Below the pieces are notes generated by a model that was given only the letters and a program-made list of their open reading frames with translations, was not told where the DNA came from and did no database searches. A DNA stretch of 64,000 nucleotides from Candidatus Aenigmatarchaeota archaeon (lineage in GTDB: Archaea > Aenigmatarchaeota > Aenigmatarchaeia > GW2011-AR5), in NCBI GenBank assembly GCA_016193585.1, contig JACPRW010000003.1:263303-327302 (forward strand), in the 5' to 3' direction. A program made the translations under genes and the position numbers. This document shows, in pieces, positions 62,612 to 64,000 of the stretch (the first letter of the stretch is position 1; each line of letters begins with the position of its first letter).

Positions 62612-64000
62612 TCAGCGGTTTTTGTTCTTGAGCCAGTTGCTCCACCGTTCCATGATGAGCTTGCTGTCGAGTGCGCCCACCTCCTCCTTGACCTCGCTGC
62701 TGAACAGGTGGAAATAGGAATTAGACTCTATCACGAACGGCGCTTCGAGCGTGTCGGGGGATGCTGCTCCGTAATGCGCGAGCGCCTGGAGCACCGATGC
62801 GCGCAGGTTGATGTTCTCCCAGACGGCATCCCATCTGCCTTTCCATTCGCGGACGCGCGATGCAATGCTGTTGAGCACCTGCGATTCGCCGACAAGCAGC
62901 GTCTGCGTCGGCCTGAGCGCATCCTGAAGTGCCGAGTATTCGAGCAGGTTGACGAAGCCGCCTTCCTCGGTAGGGTCATTTTTCCAGTGCTTCCTGACCT
63001 CGGTAATCTCCACGACGCGCCGGAAGCTCCGGAGATAGTCGGGAGACCTCAGCATGTTGCAGACGAGAATGATGTCGGTTGCCTTGAAGCTCGTCGGCGG
63101 CACTCCCAAATCATTGACGACGCGGTCGAACACGCCGTATGCCGATTCGCCATGTATGGTGCCGGCAACAACGTTCGCGAGCGCGCCGATGCGCATCGCT
63201 TCGTATAAAGCCAGCGCTTCCTTCGAGCGCACCTCGCCGACGATGAGCGAAGAATCGCCGAGGCGGAGCGCGGTGCGAAGCGCTTCTTCGGCAGCGAGCT
63301 CGGTTTCGACGTGCGTTATCACGCTGCGCGCCTTCAGACGCTCCACGTTGTATCCCAGCTGGCGTATCTGCTCGATGGGAAGTTCTAACGTGTCCTCTAA
63401 TGACACAATCCTGATTTTCGGCATTATCTGGACCATGCATGCGGACAGGAACGATGTTTTTCCAGAGGACCGCGTGCCTGCAATGAGCATCGTGCGCGCC
63501 CCGTCGATGATGAACCAGAGCAACCCGGCGGAAAACGCGTCTATCATGTTGTTGCGGATGAAGAGCGGGAATGTCCACGGCTTTTCCCTGTGGCGGCGGA
63601 AGGCGAAGGCGAGCCCATCGGGCGACAGCGTTCGCGTGATTGCCGCAACCCTTGCCCTGCCTCCGGGAACGTTGAGTTCCGTGTCAAGGACAGGGTTCGC
63701 CTCATCGAGCGGCCTCCCCGAGCGCAGGCGCAGCCGTGTCGCCCATACCTCGGCGTCCTCCATGCTCGGGACGATGTTCGTTTCGCACTCGTAGTGGTTT
63801 CCGTGGAAGAGGTAGATGGGCGACATCCCGATAGGTGAGTTGACCATGATGTCCTGCACGTTGTCGTCCTGAAGCAGCAGTTCCAGGATGCCGATGCCAG
63901 CGGTGTATCGCGTGAGTATGTCAGCGAGCCTTCGCAGCGTGTCTTCCGAGATGTAAATCTTGTTCGTGCGCGCAATGTCACGAAGCAGGTCGAGGCCGAT
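62612..64000 (-). CDS. Second type II/IV secretion ATPase, 5'-truncated by the window edge
   Basis: GTRSSGKT, LEDTLEL, GEVR, GTIH; frame is open to position 64000. Confidence 0.92.
   Translation of the reverse strand: MGLDLLRDIARTNKIYISEDTLRRLADILTRYTAGIGILELLLQDDNVQDIMVNSPIGMSPIYLFHGNHYECETNIVPSMEDAEVWATRLRLRSGRPLDEANPVLDTELNVPGGRARVAAITRTLSPDGLAFAFRRHREKPWTFPLFIRNNMIDAFSAGLLWFIIDGARTMLIAGTRSSGKTSFLSACMVQIMPKIRIVSLEDTLELPIEQIRQLGYNVERLKARSVITHVETELAAEEALRTALRLGDSSLIVGEVRSKEALALYEAMRIGALANVVAGTIHGESAYGVFDRVVNDLGVPPTSFKATDIILVCNMLRSPDYLRSFRRVVEITEVRKHWKNDPTEEGGFVNLLEYSALQDALRPTQTLLVGESQVLNSIASRVREWKGRWDAVWENINLRASVLQALAHYGAASPDTLEAPFVIESNSYFHLFSSEVKEEVGALDSKLIMERWSNWLKNKNR

Overview
Archaeal chromosomal DNA, most likely from a DPANN lineage (Aenigmarchaeota-like). 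The taxonomy is inferred from BHB-type tRNA introns, fibrillarin/Nop5, FEN1, S17e, EF-1beta, PINA ATPase and DPANN-style class III pilins. Gene content: a type IV pilus/Tad locus with KaiC-like ATPases; a complete, compositionally foreign histidine operon with fused genes; a classical mevalonate cluster (MVK, PMK, MDC, IDI1); a YhhQ-DHFR-CofE-like triad; a glycosyltransferase/UbiA cluster; and housekeeping genes. There are nine tRNA genes carrying 14 predicted introns, including a tRNA-Leu(CAA) with four. The most striking unexplained signal is intergenic. About 13 loci are built from tiny (~50 bp) palindromic modules of two architectures (single hairpin; T-shaped double hairpin) whose fold and termini are conserved while stem sequences differ. 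Five filled/empty site comparisons inside the window show insertion at TA with TA duplication. The modules nest in one another, recur as composites, supply stop codons to two genes and flank a foreign gene, and one double-hairpin type matches a tRNA intron. No cognate transposase, integrase or CRISPR array is present in the window. All analysis was by eye: intron boundaries and some start codons are predictions, and novelty could not be checked against databases.
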